From Cladosporium halotolerans (taxonomy: Eukaryota): 64,000 bases of DNA. The notes beneath the pieces were generated by a model. That model did not search any database, was not told the origin of the DNA, and saw only the letters and a list, made by a program, of their open reading frames with translations. Of this stretch, positions 48,358 through 61,082 are shown piece by piece; the first letter of the stretch is position 1, and every line of letters starts with the position of its first letter. A program made the translations under genes and the position numbers. The stretch lies in assembly GCF_011745625.1 (NCBI RefSeq), contig NW_027191487.1:1-64000 (forward strand), in the 5' to 3' direction.

Positions 48358-49541
48358 ATGCATTCATCACAACACAATGGCGCGTTCCACCCGGACGACT
48401 ACGGCATGGCGCCACCTTCATATGAGAAAGCCACTCAGCCGACGTCAAATCTGAATCCCAAAGGCTGGACAAAGAAGAAAAAGATCCTCGTGGGCGCGGC
48501 GCTCGCCATTGTAATCCTCATCGCCATCATCGTGGGCGCCGTCGTGGGCACCCGGGACAATGCATATCCAGACTACAGCCAGGTCACCTACCGCTTGGCC
48601 GACACTTACAGCGGAGCGAACTTCTTCGATGATTTCGACTTCTACAACAAGGCTGATCCGACCGGTGGATTTCTGCATTACGTCCTCGAGGATGCTGCGA
48701 CGCAACCTGCGCACAACCTGACATACGCCACGGAGAACTCGGCTATTGTCCGCGTCGACACCTCGTCCGGTGAATACGACACCGAAACCGGTCGCTGGTC
48801 CATCCGTATCTCATCAAAGAAGCAATACAACTCCGGATTGTTCCTTTTCGACGTCATGCATGTGCCCTACGGCTGTGCTACCTGGCCCGCTATATGGCTC
48901 TCGGACGCCGACAACTGGCCTAATCATGGTAAGTCGATCCCGAGTTTTCGAGGAAAAGTCCCCAACTAACATTCCCTGCAGGTGAGATCGATGTAATGGA
49001 GTCCGTCAACCGCGCCACGACAGGCACCCAAATGACCCTGCACACCAGCGAAGGTTGCAAAGTGAATGGCAAGCGAAAGGAATCCGGCAAATCCCTCGCC
49101 AACAATTGCCTCTTCTCCGCGAACGATAACCAAGGCTGCGGCGTGAAAGGCCCCAAGAACAGCGCCGGCGAAGCCTTCAACAGCATCGGCGGCGGCGTCT
49201 ACGCCACTGAGTGGCGCGACGAAGGCATTCGAATGTGGTTTTTCGAGCGCAGCGAGCTGCCGGACGACATTACGAACAGCAGCGCCACACCTGACCCGTC
49301 GACTTGGGGAGAGGCGGTCGCGGACTTTCCGAGCACTCACTGCGACATTGGGAGCCACTTCAAGAACGCCAGCATCATCGTCAACATTGCTCTTTGCGGT
49401 GACTGGGCAGGGCAAGACGCAATTTACAATGGCCAAGCGCATTGCCCCGGCACGTGCCACAACTATGTCGCCAACAATGCGACTGCCTTCGACGATGCGT
49501 ACTTCGAGATCAAGAGCTTTAAGGTGTATTCGGCTGAGTGA
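48358..49541 (+). CDS. GH16 endo-1,3(4)-beta-glucanase, membrane-anchored (1 intron)
   Basis: N-terminal TM after KKKK. Motifs: DPTGGF, PYGCATWPAIW, catalytic GEIDVME across intron 48929-48981, GGGVYATEW and LCGDWAG. Confidence 0.92.
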
Positions 49542-49761
49542 GATGCTGCATGGGAAAGGCGTTCTTACGGATCACGATTAAAACGGACAGCAAGTTTGGC
49601 GTTTAGGAGTTTCATCGCCCCAATGGGGTAAGTCCTTGCTTTGAATTCCCTCCATACAGGATTGACCACATAGAGCGGTGCAATACAAGATACAAACAGC
49701 ATCACGATACAGCCCGGTCTCATCTTGCGTATTCCATTGCCATCTCCATCGCCACAACCTT

Positions 49762-50786
49762 TTACACGGTCGGCCAGCCGTTGTTCCAGGAGATCTTGTT
49801 CCAACCGAACTGCTTCTGGCCATCCCCAAAGCCAATGTCAGTGTTGACATAGTGGTAGTACAGGACCCAACCGTTGACAGGGTCGTTGTAGACACCCTGA
49901 CCACCGGGTCCGTAGACGTTGCCGTGGGACTCGAGGACGACAGTGCCACCGCCGTTGGTGCACGACACGCCTTGGGCATCAACCTTCCTGATGTTAGCTC
50001 CTGTCTCATGCCTGACAACGTTTCCGGAGAACCCACAAAGCCGCCAGTCGGCGAAGAGGACCTGCAGATCTTGATCTTGTACTCCTCATTCGGCGCCGGG
50101 CGCGAAGTATCGTATCCGCAGCACTTGCCAGCCGAGTAGAACAGGTAGTAGAAGTTGCCGTTCTTGACCATAAACGGTGCCTCCTCCGCATGCGTTCCGG
50201 CCGGCTGGAAAGCGAGCTGACGATCGGAACCAGTCTTCCTCAATGGCGGGCTGCCCATGTCGACGTTGTAAAGATCTGTCCAGAAGGAGCCGAAAGCGAA
50301 GTAGTTCTTGCCGCCATCCTGCAGGAGGTTGCCATCGATGGCGTTGTAGGGGCTACCGGCGCGGGACTCTACGCCAGTGCTGCCACGGTCGACGAAGCTG
50401 CCGCAGTCCATCGTCGCGCTCGTCGCGACGCCAATGGCGCTATCCTGCACGCCGAAGGACGATACGGTGTAGTAGACATAGTACTCATTGCCGACCTGCG
50501 CGACGTCCGGCGCCCAAAGGTCCTGGTTTCCCTTCAGGTTGATGCTGGAGCCGCCGGGCAGCATGGCGCACTTGTAAGTCCATGGTCCAGAGAGCGAGGG
50601 CGCGGTGTGGATGGCAATTTTGCCGCCGGTCGAGAAACGGAAGTAGGTGCCGTCGGACTGGCGGCGGATGACAGCTGGGTCGTGGGCATTGACGCAGACG
50701 CCGGAGCAGGGGCCGGGGTTGGCGTAGGCAGAAGCGAGAGAGGCCGTGGCCGCGAGGGAAAGGGAAAGGGAGTTGAAGAGATGCAT
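49762..50786 (-). CDS. GH43 endo-1,5-alpha-L-arabinanase (AbnA-like), secreted (1 intron)
   Basis: Signal peptide, [36 protein letters not shown] and GKCCGYD. The final exon is [14 protein letters not shown]. Confidence 0.92.
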
Positions 50787-52702
50787 GATTGCGGATGAGA
50801 AGACTGGTAGAAGGCGATTGCTGTGCAATGATCGCTTGGGTGGGTTATGTTCGCGTTTCAGCGCCTCGCGCGGGCCTTATATATATCTTACATCGCTCGC
50901 AGCGATGCCCCTGTCCGCATGAAGAACCGCTTCCGACCAGGTGGAAAGACCACTCTATCTCGTTTCCGTGTAAATGCTATACGCTATACCGCCTCCACGT
51001 CGGGCTTGGTACAGAGGATCGCCGTTTCATGCAGGTTCAAGCGGATGATTTGCCGCCAATGGCGTTGGTCTGCGCTTTCTGCCTAGACCAAGCACTATAT
51101 GGCTTGACTTCACAGGTGCATTAATGATGCTTCAGGATAGCTAAGCGAGCTGCCTTACCTCGGTCTGTCTATAGGCGAATCTCGTCGTTAGCTGTCCGAC
51201 CTTTCCGGGGATGTGAGAACCTATTGCACATCAAAGACTGCCAGAAATAGAAGGACGGATCCACGACTTCCTCAAATAAGACTGCGGCACCCATGCATTT
51301 CTCGCAAGAAGACTATCTGTCGCAGTATATGACATTTGCAGTGCTATGCGAATTGAGTTCAGTGCCGTTCGACCATGCTCTAGAGCATCAAACCTTTCAA
51401 AATGTGCACAAGCGACAAAAGCCACCTCCACCTTGAGGCGCCGACAAACTCTTGACGACGTCCGTTTAGCGCAGGAATAGACTGATGATCGTCATGCTCC
51501 CTGCTACTACATGATACATGCAGTATATCATCCGCGAGAGGAGTATTTCCACGGCCGCTGACGGCCTGGATGCGGACTGCACAATCGAAAGTTCAGGTCG
51601 GCTTCAGCCGTCGCGATGCGTTGTGATCGTCATCTTTCGGCCGCTTGCTACAACAGGCAGCTCGAGTTTCCTCCGCGACAAGTACATTCGGGCCGAGGTG
51701 GGAATTCCGAGATGCCATATCTCGACATAACTTCAAAACTAAATGTTGTTGCCAGCAAAATGCTGCGTCGAATGATAATGACATGTGCCTCGTACGAGCG
51801 GCTGACGTGCAACTTCAGAAATCCACTGTAATAAATACCATTACCTGTCTCATCGTTGCAAGATTGCCATATGCTCGACAGCAGTAAGACCGCGGCTCTA
51901 CTTTGCAGCGCGTATAGTAGAAGCCAAAGAATTCAGAGTTCGAAATAGAGTTAAGGTAGCAGCAGACGGACACGTGAGCCCTTTTCGGCTCCACAAGTAT
52001 GATCTGCCTAAAAACCTCCGGTTCATACGTCAGGTGTTTAGCGCAGCGTGTCATCCACATATCACTTCTATTGCCTTTGGACTACTTTGTTCCCGCCTCT
52101 CCTTTTGTAGTAGCCAGACCGTCCAAGCCAAGAGCTTCTTGGGTAGAGGTTCACAGCGCGTGCCTTCGCATGTTCTATTGCCCGACCGATATAAGAGCGA
52201 GCGCTGATTAATCAATAATCTGTCTGCGTCGTGTTGTTTGTTGCGAGCTCCAAGGTCTCACGACACAGATGGGATGCCTCCAATCATGCAAGCCTTTGAT
52301 AACGTTTCTTCCATGCAGGCGACACGCGGAGGTTGCAATGCGAATCCCTGTGTCAGACCGATGACTTGAGCAGTCATGGAAGAAGCTTTTGTTAATAGCG
52401 TTTGGTCTCATCATACTATGATAGACAGGCGGGAGCAAGAACGCCTCAGCAGAGGCGGCGCATTCTCCGGGTGAAACAGAGGACGCTGATTGGTCAATGA
52501 GCAACGGGAGCTAGCGGATGGCCGCATCTGATGGAATCTCGAGTCCCAATTTCTGGAATTAATTAAAGAAGAGAAAACTTGAGATATCGCATATGCAAGT
52601 TATGCATTTTATAAAGATCGGAGCGAATAATCAGCAGATTTGTCTCGCTGAGGATTTGAAGATAATTATATCATTACTATCGTTGCCCATATTTCGGTTT
52701 CC

Positions 52703-54251
52703 TTACCAGTGACCATTCCCCCGAAGGAAAGCAGCGATCTCAAGCTGCTGGCGATGCACAATGTTCATAGCTTCGTCAGTGTCGTACAGATCATACCAGC
52801 CCGGCGACTCGTGCGGAGGGTCTCCGGCCCAAACATCGCCAAATTCATTCGCATGTTGCGTCTCGGGTCGGTAGATGCCGCCGTATGCCCAAGGGCAGGA
52901 TCCGGTGTACGAGCCTGCAGGATCCTTGAACTTCTCCATCGCGGCCCCAATGATAGTCTGCGTTTCGGATTGTCAGTGACTTGATTCAATCCGTTCGGGA
53001 TGGGGTATTGCTTACCTCAAAGTATTCATCCTTGTTGCTCGTGCCAGCGGAGCTCAAGTAAGTATACTCCTTGTCCTCGTTCTCCCAATTGTTCCTAGCC
53101 ATGCCGAACTCTTCGAGGAAAACGGGCTTGCCAATCTCTGCCGACCACTCGGAAGAGTTGGCGATGAAACCCTTCGCGAACGTCTTTGCGGCTTCAAGGT
53201 TGGCCTCGCTGGAATTGAGCATGTCGTAGATGCCCCAATTTTGCACCCAGCAGTGTGTCGTACCGTAGTCGATGGTGCTGTAGTTGTGGACCTTTTGGTA
53301 ATACCATTTGCCTTGCTTGCCTTCGAAACCAACGTTGACAAGTTGATGCGGTGCAGCAGCCTTGATATAGGCAGAGGTGGACTCTACCCAAGCGAACAGC
53401 GGGTCAGAGGGTGCGGGAGGGAGCTCGAGGCTGTACTCTCCAAGGAACTCGTCCGGTACGATGGCATTCTGAGGTTCATTCGCCAATTGCCAGGTCATGA
53501 TCGTGGCGTCTTCCTTGTACTTCCGACCATTGACTGTATTGACTCGGTTCAAGACCTTGTCGATATGACAGCGGTACCACTCTTGAGCCTGTTCGTTGGT
53601 ATAGAAGCGATTGGCATACTCGGTGAAGTTGTCGTAAGGCGCTGCGTCCACACCTTCGACCGTGCAGTTGCCCCAACCAGTGCCGGGAACCTCACGCTGC
53701 GGCGGAGCAGAGAGGTTCCAAGAAGAAGGATAAGGAATTTCGGAATTGTCGTTCGCCCAGGAGACGTACTGCGCAAAGCCGCCGGACCATTGCCACTCAT
53801 TGTTGAGAGTCATAGTCGCGCGCATGCCTCGCTTTGACATCTCCGCGAGGCAACGGTCCAGACCAACGAAAATGTCCTCGTTGTAATCGCCAGGGGATTG
53901 CATGAGCGCCGGGTGCATACGGAAAGGCTGCCAAGTGGGGGCTCCTTCAGATGCGGCCATGATGCGAAGATGGTTTACGCCTTTGGCGGCCATCTGGTCC
54001 AGCTCGGTGATGAAGCGAGTGTGGTTGCCGCCTGCGGAGTCGTCGGCAGCCAAGTTTAGGCAAGACCAGTAGTTGAGGCCGGTCAAGTAGACGGTACCTG
54101 CGTTGTCCTTCAAGCGCAAGCCATCAGTTTCCACAAAATCATCGGCCGCAATTTCATGGTGTTTTCCATGATGAGGGCCCCAACCATAAGGTGCTGCGCT
54201 GGCCACAGCGAAGGCCGTGGCGAGTAGTCTTGCCGACTTTGAGAACATCAT
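52703..54251 (-). CDS. GH5 (subfamily 7-like) beta-mannanase/beta-mannosidase, secreted (1 intron)
   Basis: Signal peptide MMFSKSARLL. Motifs: GLNYW, NNEWQWSGGFAQY, WQLANEP (acid/base), VFLEEFG (nucleophile) and GDPPHE. Confidence 0.9.
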
Positions 54252-54847
54252 GGTGCTAGCTGCACGCACGCACGAGGCCAGAAGGTTGAAAGGGAGACAG
54301 AGAGGGTGAAAAGAGAGCCATTGCGCATCTTTGTAACATCTTACTTGCGATGCCCGCGGAGGGACAAGTCGACTTTACCCGACGGTGTAACGTACGTCAG
54401 TGTTTTGTGGTGATCGTCTACATCCACCCCGCGCCGCATTCGGCTGCGTGGTGCGGAGTTGTTAGGGTTTGAGTATGCCTGGCAAACGAGCTGGAAGTTT
54501 GTCGTCTCGTGCCAGCTTCAATCGCCGAAGCCGCACGCTCGGGCGAAAAGCTTCCGAAATCGCCAGCGACCGACGCTGCCAGGTACTGTAATTCTTCCGC
54601 CGCCACCTGATGTCAATGAAAATCAACCAACGACATCTCTTCCCACGACTCATGGGCCCACAGGCCATCTTTCACGCACATGCGATGCAGTCCCTCCCGT
54701 GTGGTGGCTGACATGCCGAGCAGAAGCGAGAAAGCTTGGTAGCCCACCAATGCTTGTCAAGGCCACGGCTACTGTAATGGTTGGCACGAGAACTTCACAT
54801 GTGCGCACTGCGAGCTGATGATCACCGCCATTGTCTACCATCTCCTG

Positions 54848-56310
54848 CTATATCCGACTTCGAATGCGCGTCCCAGCTCGCAAGACTCTTGTACTCCCAG
54901 TAGCAACAGCACATGCTAGCACCAGACAAGCGCACCACAGTTGCAGACCTAGCCAGTCGTGTCCGCGGAATATCTGGCCACCAAGCGGGTTGCCGAGCAA
55001 AAGACCTGTCGAGGAAAAGAGGCTTCCCATGCCAACCCATGTGCCGACCAGATTGGCCTCAGAGCATAGCGAAGCCAGCACAGCAGGCTGGAGCGCCGCC
55101 GCACATCCGGCGAAGAATCCATAGATGATGGCGAAAGCGATGATACCTCCCATATTCCGGCAAGCAATCCAGGCAAATGCAAGAATGGTTGCTCCGACCG
55201 TCGAAGCAGTATACGTGTTGAGCAGCCCGACCTGATCAGCGATGAAACCTGGAACAACGCGCCCGATGACACTTCCCGCGTTCAAGATTGCCAAGGTGTA
55301 GAAAGCCAGATCGCTATTTGCACCAGCATGATGAGTTGTGTACTGCTGGATATAGAAAAAGGGAATGTAGAGTCCCATGAAGCCAGTGAAGGAAGCCAGA
55401 GCGAAGGCGTTGAAGGGCTTGTTCTTGAACGCTCGTGCATCGAAGACATTGCGAGGTTTCTCCAGCTTGTGCGGCCTCAATAGAGCTCTTGCAAGGCTCA
55501 GTGTTGCAAGTGCAATCTACGCGGTATCAGCGACCGAAAATGCAATGCTGTATTGCTGGACAGCTTCAACGTACGAATCCGACTGCTCTGGTTGCCCATG
55601 GTGCACCTGCTCGAGGTTGGATCTCCCTGAAGATGATGCTATAGACGATGGCACCTAGACGTATGAGTCAGGCTTGAATCAGACATACCTTTCTTGGGAA
55701 CTCACCGACACTCCCTCCGCTCTGCGCGAGACCCATCGCCATCCATCTTCTCCTCTTGAAGGTCAAGGATACTTGCCCAACAACCACGATGAAAAGGCAG
55801 CCATGTCCGAAGCCAATACAAAAGCCTTGACTCAACAGAAGTTGCCAGTATCTGCGAGCCAGGCTCGTCATCATCATGCCAAACACGACTAGGAACGATC
55901 CAAAGTAGCTCAGACTGCGGGCGTACCCTCGGTCGAAGAGAGGGCCGGTGACAATAAGCGTCACCAAGATCAGGAAGGCCTGCACCGAACCTATCCATGA
56001 CAACTGGCTCTGTGTAACATCACCAAGCACGCCAGAGGTGGCATAATATGTCTGGTAGACACCGTAGCTATTCACCAGACCCCTGTTGTCTTCGTTAGCC
56101 TCAACAATTGAGGTTGGAAGTGGGACAACCATACCATGTGTTGAACGCGAGAAGAAAAGACACTAGAATCTGGGAAAGACTCTTCCAGTCGGATTCTGTT
56201 GCTGGTTTTCGACTTTTCTGCTGGAACTCGTCTTTCGATTCCGCTTCCGAAGGGGTCCTCGTTGCCTCTTTAGATGGCATCGACGGAGACTCTTTGTCTT
56301 TCTGAGACAT
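54848..56310 (-). CDS. MFS monocarboxylate transporter (Mch/MCT-like), 3 introns
   Basis: FNTW|GLVNSYGVYQTYY, SWIGSVQAF, GPLFDRGY, LLSQGFCIGFG, GLYIPFFY, LNAGSVIGRVVPG and GLLLGNPLGG. Confidence 0.88.
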
Positions 56311-57224
56311 GTCGGCTTTGATCCCACGAAGATACAGATGATGGACCCAAAGGAAAGCTCGGTCAAGGATAACACCGCGTATAAGTCTCCCTTGGTCGGC
56401 GAGCCAGGTCCCTGACCGCTTCCACGATCATGGTGGACCGTTTACGTGGTCTGAGTAAGAGTTCCACGCTCGTGCGTTGGCTAGCATTATCAGAGGGGTC
56501 TCCCAACCGTGGGCTCACTTATATTGGGGATTTGACCTTGCGGACTTCGGACCGACAACGCTCGAGAGATCCATCGCCCCCGAAATGCATTCTGTCCACG
56601 TCGCAAAGAGACTCGTGGCTTTCCTGGAAAGCCACGCAATGACTACATCGAAGAAAAGCATGCGCCGATTTCGATGACCAGATTCTCCATTTTCTATAGG
56701 CAGACGACGGCCGTGCCAATCGAAAACATTGAGATCTCTCGCTCGATCAGGCAATCGCATTAGTCGTCGATCTTAGCGCGGTGATCTTCCCGTCCGGCCG
56801 TTGAGTCCCGTCCCGACCGCAAAGCTTCGAAGCTTCCGAGTCGATGGTCCTCTTGGTCCCACATTGCTGCATGATCCGCTTGTGGGCGCAGCTTTGCACG
56901 GTCTGTTCCGTGGATCCATCCTCTCATGGAAGCTGTTCCTACCGCTCACAGCTCAACGCAACGTGCCGTGGGACGGGATACCCGAACGCTTGACTATCAG
57001 CAAAAAGTTGCATGTGCACGTGACGTGACATTTCCAGCACCATTCTCTGGTAAAAGGTGATGATCCTCCAATGACTTCCGCAATCAAGCCTCTGCACCAG
57101 ATGCATGTGCGACTATATGTATGTACGAACAAGAATGATTTGAATTTCCATGAAGTAAGAGATTGACATACAAGTTCTATTCGCTACGAGGCCTTAATTG
57201 ACTGCATTCTATCGCATAACCACG

Positions 57225-58202
57225 CTAGTGTCCGTTCATCACGGCCTTTGTCAACTTCGCTGATCGGACCGCGGCGTGGATCTCCTCCTCAGCACCATCC
57301 GGAAGAGGGAGAAGCGGCGACCTTACGGTGGCGTGCGTCAGGATGCCTCTCGCTACAAGGGCGTGCTTCAGAGCAACGGTGCCCTCCATATGCGAGCCGC
57401 GGTGGTAGATGCTCTTTGTGACAGGAAGGAGCTTGTCGTGGACCGCGCGAGCTCTCTTGTAGTCTCTAGCCTTGCCAGCGTCGATCAAATCAAGCAAGGC
57501 TTCGGGCGCGACGTTGCCGTAGCCGACCAGCATGCCGTCGACATCGAAAGCTGTGTGCAAAAGGTACTCATCGTGGCAAGTCAAAATCTGGAGGTCCGGA
57601 CGTTGCTCGCGGATGACAGGAATCTCAGTGTCCCAACGGCGCATGTTGCGGACGCCGTTCTTCATGGCAAACACACCAGGCTGAGCGGAGATGTCGAGCA
57701 TGGTCTGCAGGTTGTAGGTCGCATGGGTGTTGTCGGGGTACTGGAACAAAATGAGGGGAAGGCCGCTGGTTTCATAGACAACCTTGTACCTGTCCTGGGG
57801 AGCGCCAGGCTGGTATCCGAAGCGGAGCCAGCCGTGAGATGGGTAGAGAAGACCAGCCTTAGCGCCAGCAGCTTTGGCGCGCTTTGCCTCGAGAGCGGCT
57901 ACCTCAGTGCCCTCGCCAGTGATGCCGGCAATGATGGGAATACGGTCGTTGACTGACTTCACGAAAGCTCGAATGACATCTTCTTGCTCCGCTTGGGTGA
58001 GGAAGGTTCCTTCGCCAGCATGACCCAGAACGACGAGGCCTTTGACACCATCAATGCTGCCGAGCCATGATCCCAGACGTTGAATGGCTTCGTAGTCGAC
58101 GCGGCCGTCCTCTGTGAATGGCGTGACCGGAGCAGGGACAAGCCCGCTGACGTCGAAGCCAACAACGTTGCCGTTCACGTGGCCGTTGGTGTGACCGTTC
58201 AT
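57225..58202 (-). CDS. DHDPS/NAL-family class I aldolase-like protein
   Basis: PAPVTPFTEDGRVDY, VVLGHAGEG (at the GTTGE position), PIIAGI, Schiff-base Lys in AMKNG and VRSPLLPL. Intronless. Confidence 0.88.
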   Translation of the reverse strand: MNGHTNGHVNGNVVGFDVSGLVPAPVTPFTEDGRVDYEAIQRLGSWLGSIDGVKGLVVLGHAGEGTFLTQAEQEDVIRAFVKSVNDRIPIIAGITGEGTEVAALEAKRAKAAGAKAGLLYPSHGWLRFGYQPGAPQDRYKVVYETSGLPLILFQYPDNTHATYNLQTMLDISAQPGVFAMKNGVRNMRRWDTEIPVIREQRPDLQILTCHDEYLLHTAFDVDGMLVGYGNVAPEALLDLIDAGKARDYKRARAVHDKLLPVTKSIYHRGSHMEGTVALKHALVARGILTHATVRSPLLPLPDGAEEEIHAAVRSAKLTKAVMNGH

Positions 58203-58884
58203 CTTTGCGACTGATTTAAACGAAGGTGAATGTTTGCAATGCGTGATTGTAGTGACTTGATGTTCAGTGTGCCGATTGCAGTTTGTATGATGTGGAACGA
58301 TGAGTGATGTGGATGATGATTATGGGTTGAGAACGATGTTGAGCTCGTACTCTATATATGCAGTGCATTGTGTCGACAACTTGTCTGTTCGGTGTTTCGT
58401 GTGCTGATCTGGGGCCGAGTTTCTGAGAGAGGTCGTCAGGTGACGGTTCTCTGGACGAGCTGTCACACCAAGGGCTTCTCCGGTCCGCTTTGGGACAAAT
58501 CCGGCCGGACTCACGACCGAAGCAGAATATCCGCTGGCTCTTTCAGGATTCCGAGGCATCTGGCAAATGCCGACCCTGCCGTGACCTCGGACTATTCGCT
58601 GGTGTTCAATATCCGAGTTTTCATCCCCATACCCCACAGAATCTTCCCCAGAGCGGAGCCCCAGGCATGTCTCATGGAAGCCACATTATGCACCATTGGC
58701 CGATTGCCGGACAATGACCGTGCGAAGGTCATCAACAGGACTGAACACCTCGATCGATGGCTTGTACAAAAGCGCTCTGTCGACGCTCTCGGTTCTGGCG
58801 AAGATCGATCCATGAAGTGACTTTCGTTACGCTGACTACCTACTCAACCTTGTTCTCAAATCCCTTAGACTTCTCGAGAGCACC

Positions 58885-60707
58885 ATGCGGTCTCAGTCGA
58901 GACAAAACGGCGACGACCGAAACTATGATGCAGAGGTCGGACTACAGAAAGACAGTGCTGTCCAGACCGAGCATGTTGTGAATGGACACATCAGTTCCGA
59001 AGAAGCGGCCTTCCTCGCTAGCTTCTCTGATGAGCAGAGGAAAAGGGTTCTTCGAAAGATCGACTGGAGACTCGTCCCAATGCTATTGATTTTATATCTG
59101 ATCAGTTTCATTGATCGAGCTAACATTGGTTAGTCTTTTCTTCGAACAGTGAAAGACCAGGTGCTAAGATCTTGTAGGTAACGCAAAGATCGAAGGTCTT
59201 CTTCCTGACCTGAACATGACTGGCACCCAATACAACATTGCACTTGCCATTTTCTTCATCCCTTACACACTTGCTGGTGAGTTCGAATCGCTTCCTACAT
59301 CTACACTTCATTGCTAATGTTCCTGGTAGAGGTACCCAGCAATGCAATTCTCAACCTCTTCGACCGACCGTCATTGTTCATGGGGGGAATAGTTACTCTG
59401 TGGGGGCTTGTGATGATGTGTCACGGGTTTGTCCACAACTTCGCAGAGCTCTGTGGTGTCAGGATACTGCTAGGCCTTTTTGAGTAAGTGATCTCTCATT
59501 GCATGGATGCTAGTCTGAGTGAGCTTATAATCTGTACAGGGCCGGCTTCTTCCCTGGTGCCATTCTGATCATCAGTAAATGGTATATGCCACACGAAAGT
59601 CAAACTCGCATTGCCATCTTCTTCACAGCTAGTGCCATCGCTGGTGCGTTCTCAGGCCTATTGGCATTTGGTATCGCGAAGATGGACGGCACAGCTGGCT
59701 ACGAAGGCTGGCGTTGGGTAAGTCTGCGAGCACTCCGGCAACTATGAATTTACTAATGAGACCAGATTTTCATCTTGGAGGGAATCGCGTCGGTACTAGC
59801 TGGGATTGCTTGTTTCTGGCTGCTCGTCGACACGCCGAAGCATTCGAGTCGTTGGCTCACTCCGGACGAAATTCGTTATCTCGAATTGCGACAGACAGCA
59901 GCTGGACGCTTCAAGCCCAAGGGCCATAAAGAGAAGGCTTTCGATTGGCGCATCTTTTGGTCAGTGATATCTGACTGGAAGATTTACCTCTTGATCTTGA
60001 TGTTCTGGTCCAACGTGACTCCAAACTACGGTCTGAAGTTCACGATGCCTCAAATCATCAAAAACATGGGATACACATCGTCGAATGCTCAGCTACTCAC
60101 GATTCCGTGCTATACAGTCGGTGCAGTCGCTGCTTATGGCTTCTCTGTGATCTCTGATCACTTCAAATGGAGAATGCCTACGATCGTGTTTCCGCAGCTC
60201 TGCGTTGTCACGGCGTATGCGATTCTCTGCGCAAAGGCAGCGGACATCCAGAACAACATTCCTGCATGCTATTTCGCAATCTGTCTTGCTTGCTTTGGGT
60301 GAGTCTAAATCTTCTCATCGATCACACAGTCTACATACCCAGGCTGACCTTGCTATAGGCTTTACCCCATTGGACCAGGTGTTCAAGCGTGGAACATGAA
60401 CAACCTCGCCGGCCCCGCGAAACGCGCCATGGGAATTGGATGGATGACCGGCGTCGGAAATATGGGTGGCATTACTGGCAGCTTCATCTTCATTGAGAAA
60501 GAGGCACCTACTTATCCCACAGGGTTTGGCGCTTCGTTGGGATTTGCTGCTGGAGGTGTTGCTGCAGCTTTGCTGCTTGAATTCCTGCTCTGGTCAATCA
60601 ACAAGAAGAACGACAAGCTATCTGAAGAGGACGTCCATGCGCAGTTCTCAGAGGAGGACTTGGACCGCATGGGGGACAAGAGTCCCTTGTTCAAATATAC
60701 TTTGTAG
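58885..60707 (+). CDS. MFS anion:cation symporter (Tna1/Dal5-like), multi-exon
   Basis: RKIDWRLVPML..FIDRANI|GNAKI, EVPSN, GFFPGA, AGAFSGLLAFGIAKMDG, GWRW|IFILEG and DKSPLFKYTL. Confidence 0.9.
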
Positions 60708-61082
60708 ATATTGTAGGCTGTTGTGCTTTGTTGATGCTCACATCGCGCAAGCAACACTGGCCTCTTGTATATTCAGTGTACTCCCCAACGACCTGACGTG
60801 GGACCAAACATCTTTTAGATCATCAAATCTTTCGGATCGTACGGCAATTAATTGCCGGCTATGCACGTTACATAGCAGTGGGATGATCTCAACGAGTTCG
60901 CCGACTCCGCACCAGACCCCACATCGGGTCCATTTTTGTCCGCACCCTCATTGCCGCTTTTGTCACGTCTGTCCGGATATCAGACAACATGATGACCATC
61001 CCCGCGCGTGCTAATCTTTCTAGCCTGCAAAGGTGCTGGAACATGGGAAGGTGACCAGATATACGCCCTGCATCTTCGTCTG

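Noticed and set aside
51100..52700. Short ORFs between GH43 and GH5 as a possible gene relic or amyloid effector
   Set aside because: I recognised no coherent frame, HeLo-like sequence or repeat motif.
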